Source of the DNA: Vicinamibacteria bacterium
Lineage (GTDB): Bacteria; Acidobacteriota; Vicinamibacteria; Marinacidobacterales; Marinacidobacteraceae
Reading direction: 5' to 3'
DNA: 64,000 nt
Assembly: GCA_963555995.3 (NCBI GenBank)
Contig: OY821641.1
Span: 2,144,001-2,208,000, forward strand
In this document: positions 47,897-58,227 of the stretch, in pieces
Layout: the number at the start of each line of letters is the position of its first letter
Position numbering within the stretch: position 1 is the stretch's first letter
Notes under the pieces: generated by a model
The model's input: only the letters and a program-made list of their open reading frames with translations
Told to the model about the DNA's origin: nothing
Database searches by the model: none
Made by a program: the position numbers and the translations under genes

Positions 47897-49309
47897 TCAC
47901 GGCGTGGTCGTGTCGTTGTGGTTCTCCGACCTGCCGAGGCCCGTGGTGATCGCCACCAGGATCATGGCTAGGAGCGCCCATGAGTAGGCGTTCGCCAGCC
48001 CGGCTTCGAGGGCGGACACCCTCGGCACGCCGAACGCTTCACCGGAGGCGGTCGCCGAGGCCGCGAGGATGGTCGGAATGAAGAAAGGCAGGAGAAACGG
48101 GTAGGTGCAGACGGTCATGTCCAGCAGGTTCGCGCGCCGGAAGCGCCCCACGCCGGCGCGCCGGCCGGAATCCCGGACCAGGTCGCCGACCGCGAGGATG
48201 GCCATCACCGAATGCGTGGTCAGCATCACGGCGGCGCTCGTCATGGCAAAGATGCCGAACTCTGCCCCGCGCGCCGTCGGTGCAGCCCGCCAGGGGCCGC
48301 GCACGCCGGCCAACCGGTCCACGATACCCGCCTCCTGGGCCGCCCCCACGATCCCCATGAGGAGGATGGTGAAGATCACGATCCCGACCGCGCCCTCCAT
48401 CCCGTCCAGAATGAGGCCGCGGGCCTGGAAGGACCCGGCGTCAATGTGGAGCAGGCCGGCGGGGGTGACGAGCCCCAGCGCCAGAGCCAGCGCCACCGCG
48501 ACGGCCACCCCGGCGAAGAGGCTCTCCACCAGGCCGCGCCCCCACCACAACATGAGAAACGCGGCCACCGGCGCCAGCAACATGGGGAGCGCGGACGGGT
48601 CGCCCGCGAGCGCCGCGCCCGGGACCAGTTCCGTGGCCGGGGGCGCCTCGGCGCCGCCGAGCAGCACAAGGATGAGAGCGGCCGCCAGGGCGGCGGGCAG
48701 TGCATAGCGGAGGCGGCTGCGCACGACCCCGCCCATGGGCGCGTCCTGGGTGGTCGCGGACGCGATGGTCGTGTCCGAAACGGGCGAGACGTTGTCCCCG
48801 AAGGTGGCGCCGGCCAGGATCGCCCCGATCAACGCGACCGGGTTGGCCCCGAAGACGCCCGCCGCGGGGTAGAGCAGCGGCGCGCAGATGAGGATCGTCC
48901 CGAGGCTGGTGCCGGTCGCGGTCGAGAAGAGGACCGCGACGAGGAAGGCCAGCAGGACGAAGCCGCCGCCGCTCACCCCCAGTTCGGCGCCCGCCCACAC
49001 CAGGGCGTGGACGAACCCGGATTCGCGCAGCACGGCCGAGAAGATGCCCGCCAGCAACCAGGCCGCCACCATGAGCATGACGATGGGGCGCGACATCCCG
49101 CGGAGAGCCGCCGCGCTGTAGTCGGAGGCCCTCCTGGCGAGCAGGAGGCCGGCGCCCAGCGCCACGACCAGGACGGGCCACAGGCCGCGCTCGTCGGGTG
49201 CGCCGGAAAAGCCCAGCCAGGCGGCGCCGGCGGCGAAGACGAGGATCGGGAGCGCCGCTCCCGCAAGGCCCAGCCGGAAGGCGAGCGGCGGCTTTGGATG
49301 GTCGGCCAC
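47897..49309 (-). CDS. Na+/H+ antiporter NhaC-family transporter
   Basis: TATGTSLGT and GATFGDNVSPVSDTTIASA motifs; multi-TM. Confidence 0.85.
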   Translation of the reverse strand: MADHPKPPLAFRLGLAGAALPILVFAAGAAWLGFSGAPDERGLWPVLVVALGAGLLLARRASDYSAAALRGMSRPIVMLMVAAWLLAGIFSAVLRESGFVHALVWAGAELGVSGGGFVLLAFLVAVLFSTATGTSLGTILICAPLLYPAAGVFGANPVALIGAILAGATFGDNVSPVSDTTIASATTQDAPMGGVVRSRLRYALPAALAAALILVLLGGAEAPPATELVPGAALAGDPSALPMLLAPVAAFLMLWWGRGLVESLFAGVAVAVALALALGLVTPAGLLHIDAGSFQARGLILDGMEGAVGIVIFTILLMGIVGAAQEAGIVDRLAGVRGPWRAAPTARGAEFGIFAMTSAAVMLTTHSVMAILAVGDLVRDSGRRAGVGRFRRANLLDMTVCTYPFLLPFFIPTILAASATASGEAFGVPRVSALEAGLANAYSWALLAMILVAITTGLGRSENHNDTTTP

Positions 49310-49381
49310 CCGGTTATGATCGGGGATCGTCGCCGGAGGGGCCAGCGGCGGCGCCCGGGCCGCTGCGAGGAGGGCAGGCAG

Positions 49382-49726
49382 ATGCATCAGGACGACAGGT
49401 TCGAGCTCTACGACCTGCGGGTGGAGGTGGTGGCCGGCGAGCGCCCGATGGTCTGCAACCACCGGGAAGGGGACTCCTTCGAACTCCGGGGCGAGAACCT
49501 GTCCTTCCCGGCGGGGCAGAGCTTCCCGCTCTACCCCCTGGCGGCGCTCCTGCCGCTGCTTCCGGCCAAGCAGCGCCGGACCCATCCCAACGACTGGATG
49601 ACCTCCGACGCCGAGATCGCCTGTCCGGATCCCCACTGTGGCGCCCGCTTCCGCATCACCCGCACCGGCACCTCGGTCTTCCGCCACAGCGAGGTCACGC
49701 GCGTTCCCCTCACCCGGCCGCGGTGA
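49382..49726 (+). CDS. TIGR04076-family protein
   Basis: FELYDLRVEV, LLPLLPAKQR...NDWM and CPDPHC motifs; RBS GAGGAGG; overlaps the AKR gene. Confidence 0.75.
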   Translation: MHQDDRFELYDLRVEVVAGERPMVCNHREGDSFELRGENLSFPAGQSFPLYPLAALLPLLPAKQRRTHPNDWMTSDAEIACPDPHCGARFRITRTGTSVFRHSEVTRVPLTRPR

Positions 49727-50742
49727 CCTTGCCGCTGCCGGCCAGCGGGCTGGTACGCGGCTGTTGGCAGTTGTCGCGAGGGCATGGGCCCGAGTGGAGC
49801 CGGGAGCGCGCCTTCGCCGCTCTCGACGAGGCCGCGGCGCGGCCGGGGCCGCTCTTCCTTGACTGCGCCGACATCTACACGGGCGCGGAGCAGCTCCTCG
49901 GCGACTGGTTGGCGGCCCGGCCCGCGTCCGCCGGGCAGGTGGTCGTGTTCACCAAGTTCGTACCGGATCTGGACGCGCTGGCCACCATGGACCGGAACAC
50001 CGCGCGCGACAGCGTCCTCAGGTCCCGGGACCGGCTCGGCGTGGAGGCGCTGGAGCTGGTCCAGTTCGCCTGGTGGGACCTCTCCCAGCCGGGGTGGCTG
50101 CGCGCGGCGGAGTGGCTGACGGAGCTCCGCGAAGAGGGGGTGGTGCGGAACATCGGGGTGACCAACTTCGACCGCGGCGCCCTCACGGCTCTCCTGGACG
50201 CGGGAATTCCGGTGGTCTCGAACCAGGTCCAGTTCTCGCTGCTGGACCGGCGGCCGAAGAAGGGCATGACGGACCTGTGTCTCCGGCGCGGCGTGACCCT
50301 GCTCGCCTACGGGGCGCTCGCGGGCGGCCTGCTCTCGGATGCGGCGGGCGCTCTGGCGCCGTCGCGCTCGCTCGTCAAGTACCGCCTCATCGCCGACGAG
50401 GTGGGGGGCCGCGCGGTGCTGGAGCGGGCGCGCGCCGCGCTCGCGGAGGTAGCCGGCCGGCACGGTTCCATCGTGGCCGACGTCGCGGTGGCGTATGCGC
50501 TTCGCCAGCCCGCCGTCGGCGCGGTGATCGTCGGGCTGAGCCGCAGGGGCCGGGCGGTGGACGCGCGGCGCCTGCGCCTCGAACCGGACGACGAGCGGCG
50601 GCTGGAGGCGGCGGTTCCCGACACGGTGCCGGGCGAGGTCTTCGAGATCGAGCGCGACCGCGACGGCCCGCACGGCCGCATCATGAGATACAACCTCAAC
50701 CGGGAAGGTCCCGGGCGGGTACGGGGAGAATCGGAGCGCTAG
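49723..50742 (+). CDS. Aldo/keto reductase
   Basis: GCWQLS, DCADIYTG, TKFVPD, IGVTNF, QVQFSLLDRRP, YGALAGG. Confidence 0.9.
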   Translation: MTLPLPASGLVRGCWQLSRGHGPEWSRERAFAALDEAAARPGPLFLDCADIYTGAEQLLGDWLAARPASAGQVVVFTKFVPDLDALATMDRNTARDSVLRSRDRLGVEALELVQFAWWDLSQPGWLRAAEWLTELREEGVVRNIGVTNFDRGALTALLDAGIPVVSNQVQFSLLDRRPKKGMTDLCLRRGVTLLAYGALAGGLLSDAAGALAPSRSLVKYRLIADEVGGRAVLERARAALAEVAGRHGSIVADVAVAYALRQPAVGAVIVGLSRRGRAVDARRLRLEPDDERRLEAAVPDTVPGEVFEIERDRDGPHGRIMRYNLNREGPGRVRGESER

Positions 50743-51995
50743 TCGGAGCCCGGCGCCGGTTGCTCTCGAGCATCCACCAGCGGGCGCGCTTCGTCGGGGA
50801 TCGTCCCGGAGGGGACCACCTCCACGGCCGGCCGGATCTTCACCGCGTCCCGGATGCGCCCGGCCAGTTCGGCGGCGGCGATCGCACGGCCGGCCGCCGC
50901 CTCGACCCGCACGGTGAAGACGTCCCGCGCCCCCTCGGCGGACACCACCGCCTGGTAGCGCGCCACGGCGGGATCGGGTCCGAGCGCCGCGGCCAACTCG
51001 CGCGGGTGCACGAACATTCCGCGCACCTTCACCCCCTCGCCCACCCTGCCGAGGAAGCCTGCCAGACGGGGGCCGGGGCAGCCGCGCGGGCACGGCGCGC
51101 GATTCCAGGCGGAGAGGTCGCCGGTGCCGAAGCGCACCAGCGGATAGACCTCGTTCGGGCTGGTGACCACCACCTGCCCCGCCTCTCCCTCGGGGGCCGG
51201 GCGGTCGTCTCCGCGCAGAAGCACCTCGACCACCACCTCCGGGGCGACGTGCCAGCCGTCCTTTCCGCCGCACTCGTACCCGATCAGTCCCGTGTCGGCG
51301 GCCGCGTAGGCTTGGAAGACATCCACCCCGAAGCCGTCCTGGAGGCGGGCGCGCAACGACGGCGGCAGCGGCGCGCCGGACACCAGCGCGCGCCCGAACC
51401 GAAGCGGCGAACCCGATTCCTCCGCCCGCTCGAGCAGGGTCAGGAGGAACTGGGGGGTGCCGGCGTACCCGGTCGCACCGGCGGCGCGGGCGGCCTCGAT
51501 CTGGGCGGCGGCCGGGCTCACGCCTCCCGCAATCACTCCGCACCCGGCGGCGCGCAGCCCCGCGTCCAGCATGAAACCGCCCGGCGTCAGGTGGTACGAG
51601 AAGCTGTTGAGCACCACCTCGCCGGAGCGGAAGCCGGCGGCCCGCACCGCCGTGCCCAGGCGCCAGAAATCCTCGCCGGTCCCCTGCGGGTCGTTGATCG
51701 GCCCCGGCGAGCGGTGGATGCGGGCGAGCGATCCGGCGGACACCGCGAGCATCCCCGCGAAGGGCGGATCGGCGGCCTGCAGCGCGGGCAGCTCGTCCTT
51801 GGCCAGCACTGGAATCGCCTCCAGATCGGCGACGCCGCGTACGTCGCCCGGCAGAACCCCGGCCCGCGCGAGCCGCCGTCCGATCTCGGCGCTGTGCTCC
51901 GCCCCATAGGAGACGGCGCGGGCCGCGACCCGGTCCTGTTGCGCGTTCCAGTCCGTGGCCGCCCGCGGCGTCCGCCCTCCCCTCAAGACAGCCAC
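50739..51995 (-). CDS. Phenylacetate-CoA ligase family protein
   Basis: SPGPI, FSYHLTPGG, QAYAAADTG, RFGTGDLS, VKVRGMFVHP. Confidence 0.85.
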   Translation of the reverse strand: MAVLRGGRTPRAATDWNAQQDRVAARAVSYGAEHSAEIGRRLARAGVLPGDVRGVADLEAIPVLAKDELPALQAADPPFAGMLAVSAGSLARIHRSPGPINDPQGTGEDFWRLGTAVRAAGFRSGEVVLNSFSYHLTPGGFMLDAGLRAAGCGVIAGGVSPAAAQIEAARAAGATGYAGTPQFLLTLLERAEESGSPLRFGRALVSGAPLPPSLRARLQDGFGVDVFQAYAAADTGLIGYECGGKDGWHVAPEVVVEVLLRGDDRPAPEGEAGQVVVTSPNEVYPLVRFGTGDLSAWNRAPCPRGCPGPRLAGFLGRVGEGVKVRGMFVHPRELAAALGPDPAVARYQAVVSAEGARDVFTVRVEAAAGRAIAAAELAGRIRDAVKIRPAVEVVPSGTIPDEARPLVDAREQPAPGSD

Positions 51996-52798
51996 CGCTT
52001 CCGCCGCCGGTAGTGCTTCACGTCCCGGTACGACCGGCGCCCGCCGTCCCCCAGCCCCAGATAGAACTCCTTGACGTCCTCGTTGGCCGCGAGCTCCTCC
52101 GCGGCGCCTTCGAGCACCACCCGTCCCCGCTCCATGATGTACCCGTGGTCGGCGACCGACAGGGCGATGCGGGCGTTCTGCTCCACCAGCAGGATCGTGG
52201 CGCCCTCATCGCGGTTGATGCGCCGCAGCGCCCCGAAGATGGTCTCCACCAGCCTCGGGGCCAGCCCGAGCGACGGCTCGTCGAGCAGCATCAGCCGCGG
52301 CGAGGCCATCAGCGCCCGGCCCAGCGCCAGCATCTGCTGCTCGCCGCCCGACAGGTAGCCCGCGAGCTGTCCCCGCCGCTCCGCCAGCGCCGGGAAGTAG
52401 CCGTACACCTTCTCCGTTTCCGCTTCGAGGCCGCGCCGGCTACCGCGCGTGTGACCCCCCGCGAGCAGGTTCTCGCGCACGGTCAGGTGCTCGAAGACCC
52501 GCCGGCCCTCCAGCACCTGGAAGATGCCCTTCTCGACGATGCGGTGGGCGTCCATCCCCTGGATCTCCTCGCCGTCGAAGACGATGGTCCCGTCGCGGAC
52601 CTCGCCGTCCTCCACGTACAGCAAACCGGAGGTGGCCTTGAGCGTGGTGGTCTTGCCGGCGCCGTTCGACCCCAGGAGCGCCGCGATCTGTCCCTCGGCC
52701 ACCTCGAGCGACAACCCCCGCAGCACGAGGATCACGTCGTCGTAGAGCACCTCGATGTTGTTGAGGCTCAGGAGCGGCGGGGCCTCCGCGCCCATCAT
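51983..52798 (-). CDS. livF: Branched-chain amino acid-type ABC ATPase
   Basis: GSNGAGKT, LSGGEQQMLA, LDEPSLGLAP, VEQNA; C-terminal YRRRKRWL. Confidence 0.9.
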   Translation of the reverse strand: MMGAEAPPLLSLNNIEVLYDDVILVLRGLSLEVAEGQIAALLGSNGAGKTTTLKATSGLLYVEDGEVRDGTIVFDGEEIQGMDAHRIVEKGIFQVLEGRRVFEHLTVRENLLAGGHTRGSRRGLEAETEKVYGYFPALAERRGQLAGYLSGGEQQMLALGRALMASPRLMLLDEPSLGLAPRLVETIFGALRRINRDEGATILLVEQNARIALSVADHGYIMERGRVVLEGAAEELAANEDVKEFYLGLGDGGRRSYRDVKHYRRRKRWLS

Positions 52799-52808
52799 CG
52801 CGGTCTCC

Positions 52809-54023
52809 TCACCACTCCGGCGCCTGGACGAAGTCGGTGAACGGCGCCCATGCGCCGCCCTCGACCCGGAAGATGCGGAGTCCCTTCGAGCCGCGGTGGT
52901 CCGTGGGTGTGAAGGTCACGGGCGCGGTGACGCCGCCCAGGTCGTAGTCGGTGAACGTCTCCAGGGCGGCCTTGATGTTCGCGCCGGTGAGCTCCCCGCC
53001 GGCCGCGAGCACCCGCCGCATGCCCTCGGCGAACGCCGCAAAGGTCCACCACCCCTGGGTATAGGCGTTGGTCTTCCCCTCGGGCGACTCGCCCCGCGCC
53101 TCCAGGTATTCCCGGATGACGCGCGTCCCGGACACGTCCACGCTCAGGGGCGCGTAGGGCATGGTCCCCATCAGACCCTCGGCGGCCTCGCCGGCCAACC
53201 GGATCACCTGGGCGTTCGAACACCAGTTCAGACAGAAGAAGGTGACGTCCAGCCCCAGGCTCCGCGCGTTCGCGAGCGCCACCGCCGCCGGCCCCGAAGT
53301 GTTCTGGAAGACGACGTACTGCGCGCCGCTCTGGCGGATGCGCGCGAACTCGGCGGTGAAGTCCACCGCCCCCCGGGGCATTTCGTAGAGGGTCAGGTCC
53401 ATCCCCCGCGCCTCCGCGAACTCGACCCCGCCCTGCCGGGCCGGCGACAGCCCGAAGGGACTCGCGTTGTGCATCAGCGCGACGACGGGCGTCCCCTCGC
53501 CGTGGTTCTCGGCGATCCAGTCGAGGGCGATGCGGAACTGGTCGCTGTAGGTCGTCGCCAGCAGGAAGTTGTAGGGCGCCTCCGCCGGATCGCCCAGGCG
53601 ATGCGAGAGCGACGCGGAGCTGAACGGGATCTCGTCCTCGGCGATCCGCAGGCGCAGCGCCTCGGTGTCGCCGGTGCCCCAGCCCATGAAGATCACCGCC
53701 CCCTCGCCGACGAACTGGGTGTAGAGCTGCTCGGCGCGGTCCACCTGGTAGCCGTAGTCCTGGTAGATGAGCTGGATCGGGCGCCCCTCGATGCCGCCCC
53801 GGCCGTTGATCCAGTCGGCGAACCCGCGCACGCCGTCGCCGTAGTCGGTTCCGACGTCGGCGGTGGGTCCGGTGAGGTCGAAGATCGCGCCGACCTTGAT
53901 GCGGTTGTCGTCCGGGTCGGGGTCCCCGCCGCCACAGCCGGCGCCCAGCAGCACGGTGAAGCCGAGCATGACCGCGCGCAGAGCCGCCACCCGGCGATTC
54001 CGTATTCGTGTCGTGTCACTCAT
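52809..54023 (-). CDS. ABC substrate-binding lipoprotein (LivK/PBP1 type)
   Basis: Lipobox GAGC, DLTGPTA, INGRGGIEG, GWGTGDT, TDHRG. Confidence 0.85.
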   Translation of the reverse strand: MSDTTRIRNRRVAALRAVMLGFTVLLGAGCGGGDPDPDDNRIKVGAIFDLTGPTADVGTDYGDGVRGFADWINGRGGIEGRPIQLIYQDYGYQVDRAEQLYTQFVGEGAVIFMGWGTGDTEALRLRIAEDEIPFSSASLSHRLGDPAEAPYNFLLATTYSDQFRIALDWIAENHGEGTPVVALMHNASPFGLSPARQGGVEFAEARGMDLTLYEMPRGAVDFTAEFARIRQSGAQYVVFQNTSGPAAVALANARSLGLDVTFFCLNWCSNAQVIRLAGEAAEGLMGTMPYAPLSVDVSGTRVIREYLEARGESPEGKTNAYTQGWWTFAAFAEGMRRVLAAGGELTGANIKAALETFTDYDLGGVTAPVTFTPTDHRGSKGLRIFRVEGGAWAPFTDFVQAPEW

Positions 54024-54057
54024 CTTGTTCTTCCTTTGACAGCGATCGTCCGCCGGC

Positions 54058-54305
54058 AAACCCCGCCGGTCATGAAAGCGGCAGAAACGGCCTGGAGCGC
54101 CGGCTTCAGCCGGCACCGCGGGCCGAAGGCCCGCGGATGTCGTGCCGCTGTTCGCGGTCGTGGACCAGGAGCAGGGCGCCATCGCGGGGGCGGCGTCGTG
54201 CCGTCCGCTGCGCTTCGCGCAGCGGGTGCCGGCTGAAGCCGGCGCTCCAAGCCGGCGGCGTCGTCACGACTGTTGGAGAACACGCGAGACTGCATTTTCA
54301 CATCA
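54058..54305 (+). repeat. Full REP-doublet unit inside the liv operon
   Basis: CCCCGCCGGTCATGAAA...REP...inverted REP...CTGCATTTTCACA. Confidence 0.8.
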
Positions 54306-54351
54306 GCCGGGCCGCGTGGGGCTTGCGGCAGGCTGTTGGTCATCGCGCTCT

Positions 54352-55425
54352 TCACCGGGCCCGGCTCTCGCCGCGACGGTATGCGAACGGCCACACGTGA
54401 AAGTAGTTCTTCGCGTTCTCCCAGAGCTTGGACAGGCCGCGCGGCTCGAAGATCAGGAAGAGGATGATGACGATCCCGAACACCGCCTGCTGCGCGTAGG
54501 GAAGGATTGACGCCGCCTGGGGCGCGGTGTCCTGGATGGCCCGGCCCAGGTTCGTGATCAGCGCCGGGAGCAGCGTGATGAGCGCGGCCCCGAGGAACGA
54601 CCCCCGGATCGAGCCCAGGCCCCCCACGATGATCATCGCCAGGAAGACGATGCTCGTGCTCAGCGTGAAGCGCTCCCAGGTGATGATGTTGCGGTGGAAG
54701 GCGATCATCGCGCCAGCGAGCCCCACGAAGAACGACGACGTCGCGAAGGCCAGCAGCTTGGTGCGGAAGACGTCCACCCCGATGACGCTCGCCGCGATGT
54801 CCTGGTCGCGCACCGCCTCGAAGGCGCGTCCGATGCGGCTCCGCATCAGGTTGGCCGCGAAGAGCGCGGTCCCGGCCGCGGTGAGCACCGCGAGCCAATA
54901 GAAGCTGAAGTTGGTGTTCATCCGCACGCCGAAGAGAACCGGCGCGGGCAGCACGATCGCCTCGGTGCCGCCCGTCACCGCGGTCCAGTGGGTCATTCCC
55001 CACTCCACGATCTCCTGGGCCGCCAGCGTGGCGATGGCGAGGTAGAGCCCCTTGAGCCGGAGCGACGGGAGCCCGAAGAAGGCGCCCGCGGCGGCGGTGA
55101 CGAGGCAGGCGGCGAAGACGCTCGCGCCCCAGGGGACACCGAAGTTCAGGGTCAGGAGACCCGCGGTGTAGGCCCCGATCGCCATGAAGGCGCCCTGCCC
55201 CAGGGAGATCTGTCCGGTGTAGCCCACGAGGATGTTCAGGCCGATGGCTCCCACGGTGGCGATGGCCACCTGGTTCGCCAGGTCCAGCCAGTAGGGGCTG
55301 GCCACGAAGGGAAACACGAGCGCGAAGAGGGCGAAGATTCCCAGCCGGAGGCGCTGGAGGGGCCGCGGACGGAGCCCCATGTCCGACTCGTAGCGCGTGT
55401 GGAAGACGCCGCAGTCCAGGCTCAT
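54352..55425 (-). CDS. livM: Branched-chain amino acid-type ABC permease
   Basis: GLNILVGYTGQISLGQGAF, LRLKGLYLAIATLA, GRAFEAVRD, IVGGLGS. Confidence 0.9.
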   Translation of the reverse strand: MSLDCGVFHTRYESDMGLRPRPLQRLRLGIFALFALVFPFVASPYWLDLANQVAIATVGAIGLNILVGYTGQISLGQGAFMAIGAYTAGLLTLNFGVPWGASVFAACLVTAAAGAFFGLPSLRLKGLYLAIATLAAQEIVEWGMTHWTAVTGGTEAIVLPAPVLFGVRMNTNFSFYWLAVLTAAGTALFAANLMRSRIGRAFEAVRDQDIAASVIGVDVFRTKLLAFATSSFFVGLAGAMIAFHRNIITWERFTLSTSIVFLAMIIVGGLGSIRGSFLGAALITLLPALITNLGRAIQDTAPQAASILPYAQQAVFGIVIILFLIFEPRGLSKLWENAKNYFHVWPFAYRRGESRAR

Positions 55426-55444
55426 CGGGGATTCCTCGCCGTCC

Positions 55445-56317
55445 TCATACCCGTTCGATGACCTCCTTCCCGAAGAGGCCGTAGGGCCGGACCATGAGCA
55501 TCAGGACGAGGACCACGTACGGGACCACCAGGTTGAGCCCGTGCCCCACGTAGAAGCCGACATAGACCTCGAGCAGCCCGATGACGGCGCCCCCGATGAC
55601 CGCTCCGCCGATCGAGTCCAGCCCGCCCAGGATCACCACCGGAAAGACCCGGAGACCGATGGACGCCACGTTGGGGCTCACGCCGACGATCCCCGCGAGC
55701 ATGATGCCGCCGAGCGCGGCGGACACCGCCGCCAGTCCCCAGGCGACGCCGAAGACCCGCGGAATGCTGATCCCCATGCTGAGCGCCGCCTGCTGGTCGT
55801 CGGCGATGGCGCGCATGGCGATGCCGTCCCGGGTGTGGCGGAAGAAGAGCCCCAGCCCCGCCAGCACCGCGAGGGCGATGGGAATGGACAGCACCCGCGC
55901 CGCCGAGAGCGTCACCGGCCCCAGCGCGATGTCACCGGCCGGCAGGAACGAGTCGAACGAGCGCGGATTCGGGCCCCAGAGGGCGCCCGTGACCCCTCGG
56001 AGCACGGACGAGAGCCCGATCGTCACCATGATCATGGAGATGATGGGCTCGCCCACCAGCGGACGCAGCACCAGCCGCTCGACGGCGAGCGCCACCACGA
56101 CCGCGAGGAGCAGCGTCACCCCGACCCCGAGGCTCCAGGGCAGGCCGACCTGGGCCACCCCGAAGAAGATCAGGTAGGTCCCCAGCAGGAGCAGGTCTCC
56201 CTGCGCGAAGTTGATGACGTCGCTGGCCTTGTAGATGACCACGAAGCCGGCCGCCGCCAGCGCGTAGATCATCCCGGTGCTGAGTCCGGAGACGGTCAAC
56301 TGGAGGAAGATGTCCAT
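55445..56317 (-). CDS. livH: Branched-chain amino acid-type ABC permease
   Basis: INFAQGD, GIAMRAIADDQQAA, ILGGLDSIGG, RPYGLFG. Confidence 0.9.
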   Translation of the reverse strand: MDIFLQLTVSGLSTGMIYALAAAGFVVIYKASDVINFAQGDLLLLGTYLIFFGVAQVGLPWSLGVGVTLLLAVVVALAVERLVLRPLVGEPIISMIMVTIGLSSVLRGVTGALWGPNPRSFDSFLPAGDIALGPVTLSAARVLSIPIALAVLAGLGLFFRHTRDGIAMRAIADDQQAALSMGISIPRVFGVAWGLAAVSAALGGIMLAGIVGVSPNVASIGLRVFPVVILGGLDSIGGAVIGGAVIGLLEVYVGFYVGHGLNLVVPYVVLVLMLMVRPYGLFGKEVIERV

Positions 56318-56319
56318 CT

Positions 56320-58227
56320 TCAGCCGGTCACCCGCCCGCCCATCGTCTCGATGCGGAGCCGGTGCTCCACCGCCGCCGTGCGGCCGTCCTGGTAGGTGAT
56401 CTCGGTCGCCACCGCGACCGAGTCGCCGTCTCCCTGGAGGGCGGCCACGATCTCCCGGAAGCGGCCGGCGATGTGGCGGCGCCGCACCTTGCGGGTGCGG
56501 GTCAGCTCCGCGTCGTCCGCGTGCAGCTCCTTGTAGAGGAGCAGGAAGCGGTGGATGCGCGCCGCGGGCAAGAGTTCCCCGTTGACCTCGTCCACGTGTT
56601 CGCGCACCAGGCGGTACACCTCGGGGCGGCGGGCGAGGTCGGTGAAGGTCGTGTAGGGAATGCGGCGGCGCTCCGCCCACTGTCCGGCGTTCTCCAGATC
56701 AACGGCGATCATCGCGGTCACGAACGGGGCCCCCGATCCCCCGAAGACCACCGCCTCGCCGATATAGGGGCTGAACTTGAGCTTGTTCTCGACGAACTGC
56801 GGCGAGAAGTTGGTCCCGTCCGCGAGCTTCATCACGTCGGCCAGACGATCGATCACCACCAGGTGGCCGCCGTCCTCGAAGTAGCCGGCGTCGCCCGAGC
56901 GCAGCCAGCCGTCCTCGAGCGCCTCCGCCGTCGCCACCGGGTTCCGGAAGTAGCCCTGGAACACCGCGGGGCTCCGGCAGAGGATCTCCCCCTCGTCCGA
57001 AATGCGGATCTCGGTGCGGGGCAGCGGCACGCCCACCGTCTGGAAACGGATGTCTCCGTCCCGGTGCACCACCGAGATCCCGGACACCTCGGTCTGGCCG
57101 TAGAGCTGCTTCAGGTTCACCCCGATGGCGTGGTAGAAGCGAAAGACATCGGGGCCGAGCGCGGCGCCGCCGGTATAGGCCCGCCGCACCCGGGCGAGGC
57201 CCAACTGGTCGCGGATCGGACGGAACACCGTCCAGTCGGCCAGCCGGTGGGCGACCCGCCGGACGAAGCCGACCTCCCGGCCCTGGAAGCGCGCCTCGGC
57301 GCGGGCGGCGCCCTGCCGCATCGCCCAGCGGTAGATCCGGCGCTTGAGGCGGGTGGTGTCCTCGGCCATGACCTGCACGTCCGAAACCATGTTCTCCCAG
57401 ATCCGGGGCGGCGACATGAGGAACGCCGGCCCGATCTCCCGCGTGTCCTGGCGCGCGGTGGCCGTCTCCTCGGGGAAGTTCACCGTGAACCCCGCGAGCA
57501 GGCCGCTCGCCACCCCCACCATCTGCTCGCCGATCCACGCGAGCGGCAGGAACGACACGAACTCGTCGTCCGGGTACATCGCATCCACGCCCTGTAGTTG
57601 TGACGCCATGGCGAGCAGGTTCGCGTGCGAGAGCATCGCCAGCTTCGGGACGCTCGTGGTCCCGGAGGTGGTGCAGAGCAGCGCGGTGTCGCCGGGCCGG
57701 ACCGCGGCCAGCCGGCGGTCGAACTCTCCGGGCGAGCGGGCATGCAGCGCGTTGCCGAGCGCCTCGACCTCCTCGAAGGACATCAGCCCCGGCGCCTCGT
57801 AGCCGACCAGGCCGCGCCGGTCGTAATAGACGATGTGCTCCAACCCGGGCAACCGTTCCCGCACCTCCAGCACCTTGTCCACCTGCTCCTGGTCCTCCGC
57901 CACGACGACGCGCGCCTCGGCGGCCTCCAGGATGCGGGCGAGTTCGTCGGCGATGGCGTCCTGATAGAGCCCCAGGGGGAGAACGCCGGCGGTCTGGGAC
58001 GCCAGCTCCGCGATGACCCACTCCGGCCGGTTGTCCCCGACGATCGCCAACCGGTCGCCCGCCTGCACCCCCAACTCCGTCAGCCCGAGCGAGAAACGCC
58101 GCACCCGCGCCAGGTACTCCGCCCAGGGGATCTCCTGCCAGATCCCGAACTCCTTCTCGCGGAGCGCCACGCCCTCCGGACGGTTTGCCGCGTGGTCCGC
58201 GAGAAGGGCCGGCAGGGTCGCGATCAT
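56320..58227 (-). CDS. Long-chain fatty acid-CoA ligase (AMP-binding)
   Basis: TSGTTSVPK, FLPLAWIGE, YGQTE, GWLRSGDAG, LTRTRKVRR. Confidence 0.9.
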   Translation of the reverse strand: MIATLPALLADHAANRPEGVALREKEFGIWQEIPWAEYLARVRRFSLGLTELGVQAGDRLAIVGDNRPEWVIAELASQTAGVLPLGLYQDAIADELARILEAAEARVVVAEDQEQVDKVLEVRERLPGLEHIVYYDRRGLVGYEAPGLMSFEEVEALGNALHARSPGEFDRRLAAVRPGDTALLCTTSGTTSVPKLAMLSHANLLAMASQLQGVDAMYPDDEFVSFLPLAWIGEQMVGVASGLLAGFTVNFPEETATARQDTREIGPAFLMSPPRIWENMVSDVQVMAEDTTRLKRRIYRWAMRQGAARAEARFQGREVGFVRRVAHRLADWTVFRPIRDQLGLARVRRAYTGGAALGPDVFRFYHAIGVNLKQLYGQTEVSGISVVHRDGDIRFQTVGVPLPRTEIRISDEGEILCRSPAVFQGYFRNPVATAEALEDGWLRSGDAGYFEDGGHLVVIDRLADVMKLADGTNFSPQFVENKLKFSPYIGEAVVFGGSGAPFVTAMIAVDLENAGQWAERRRIPYTTFTDLARRPEVYRLVREHVDEVNGELLPAARIHRFLLLYKELHADDAELTRTRKVRRRHIAGRFREIVAALQGDGDSVAVATEITYQDGRTAAVEHRLRIETMGGRVTG

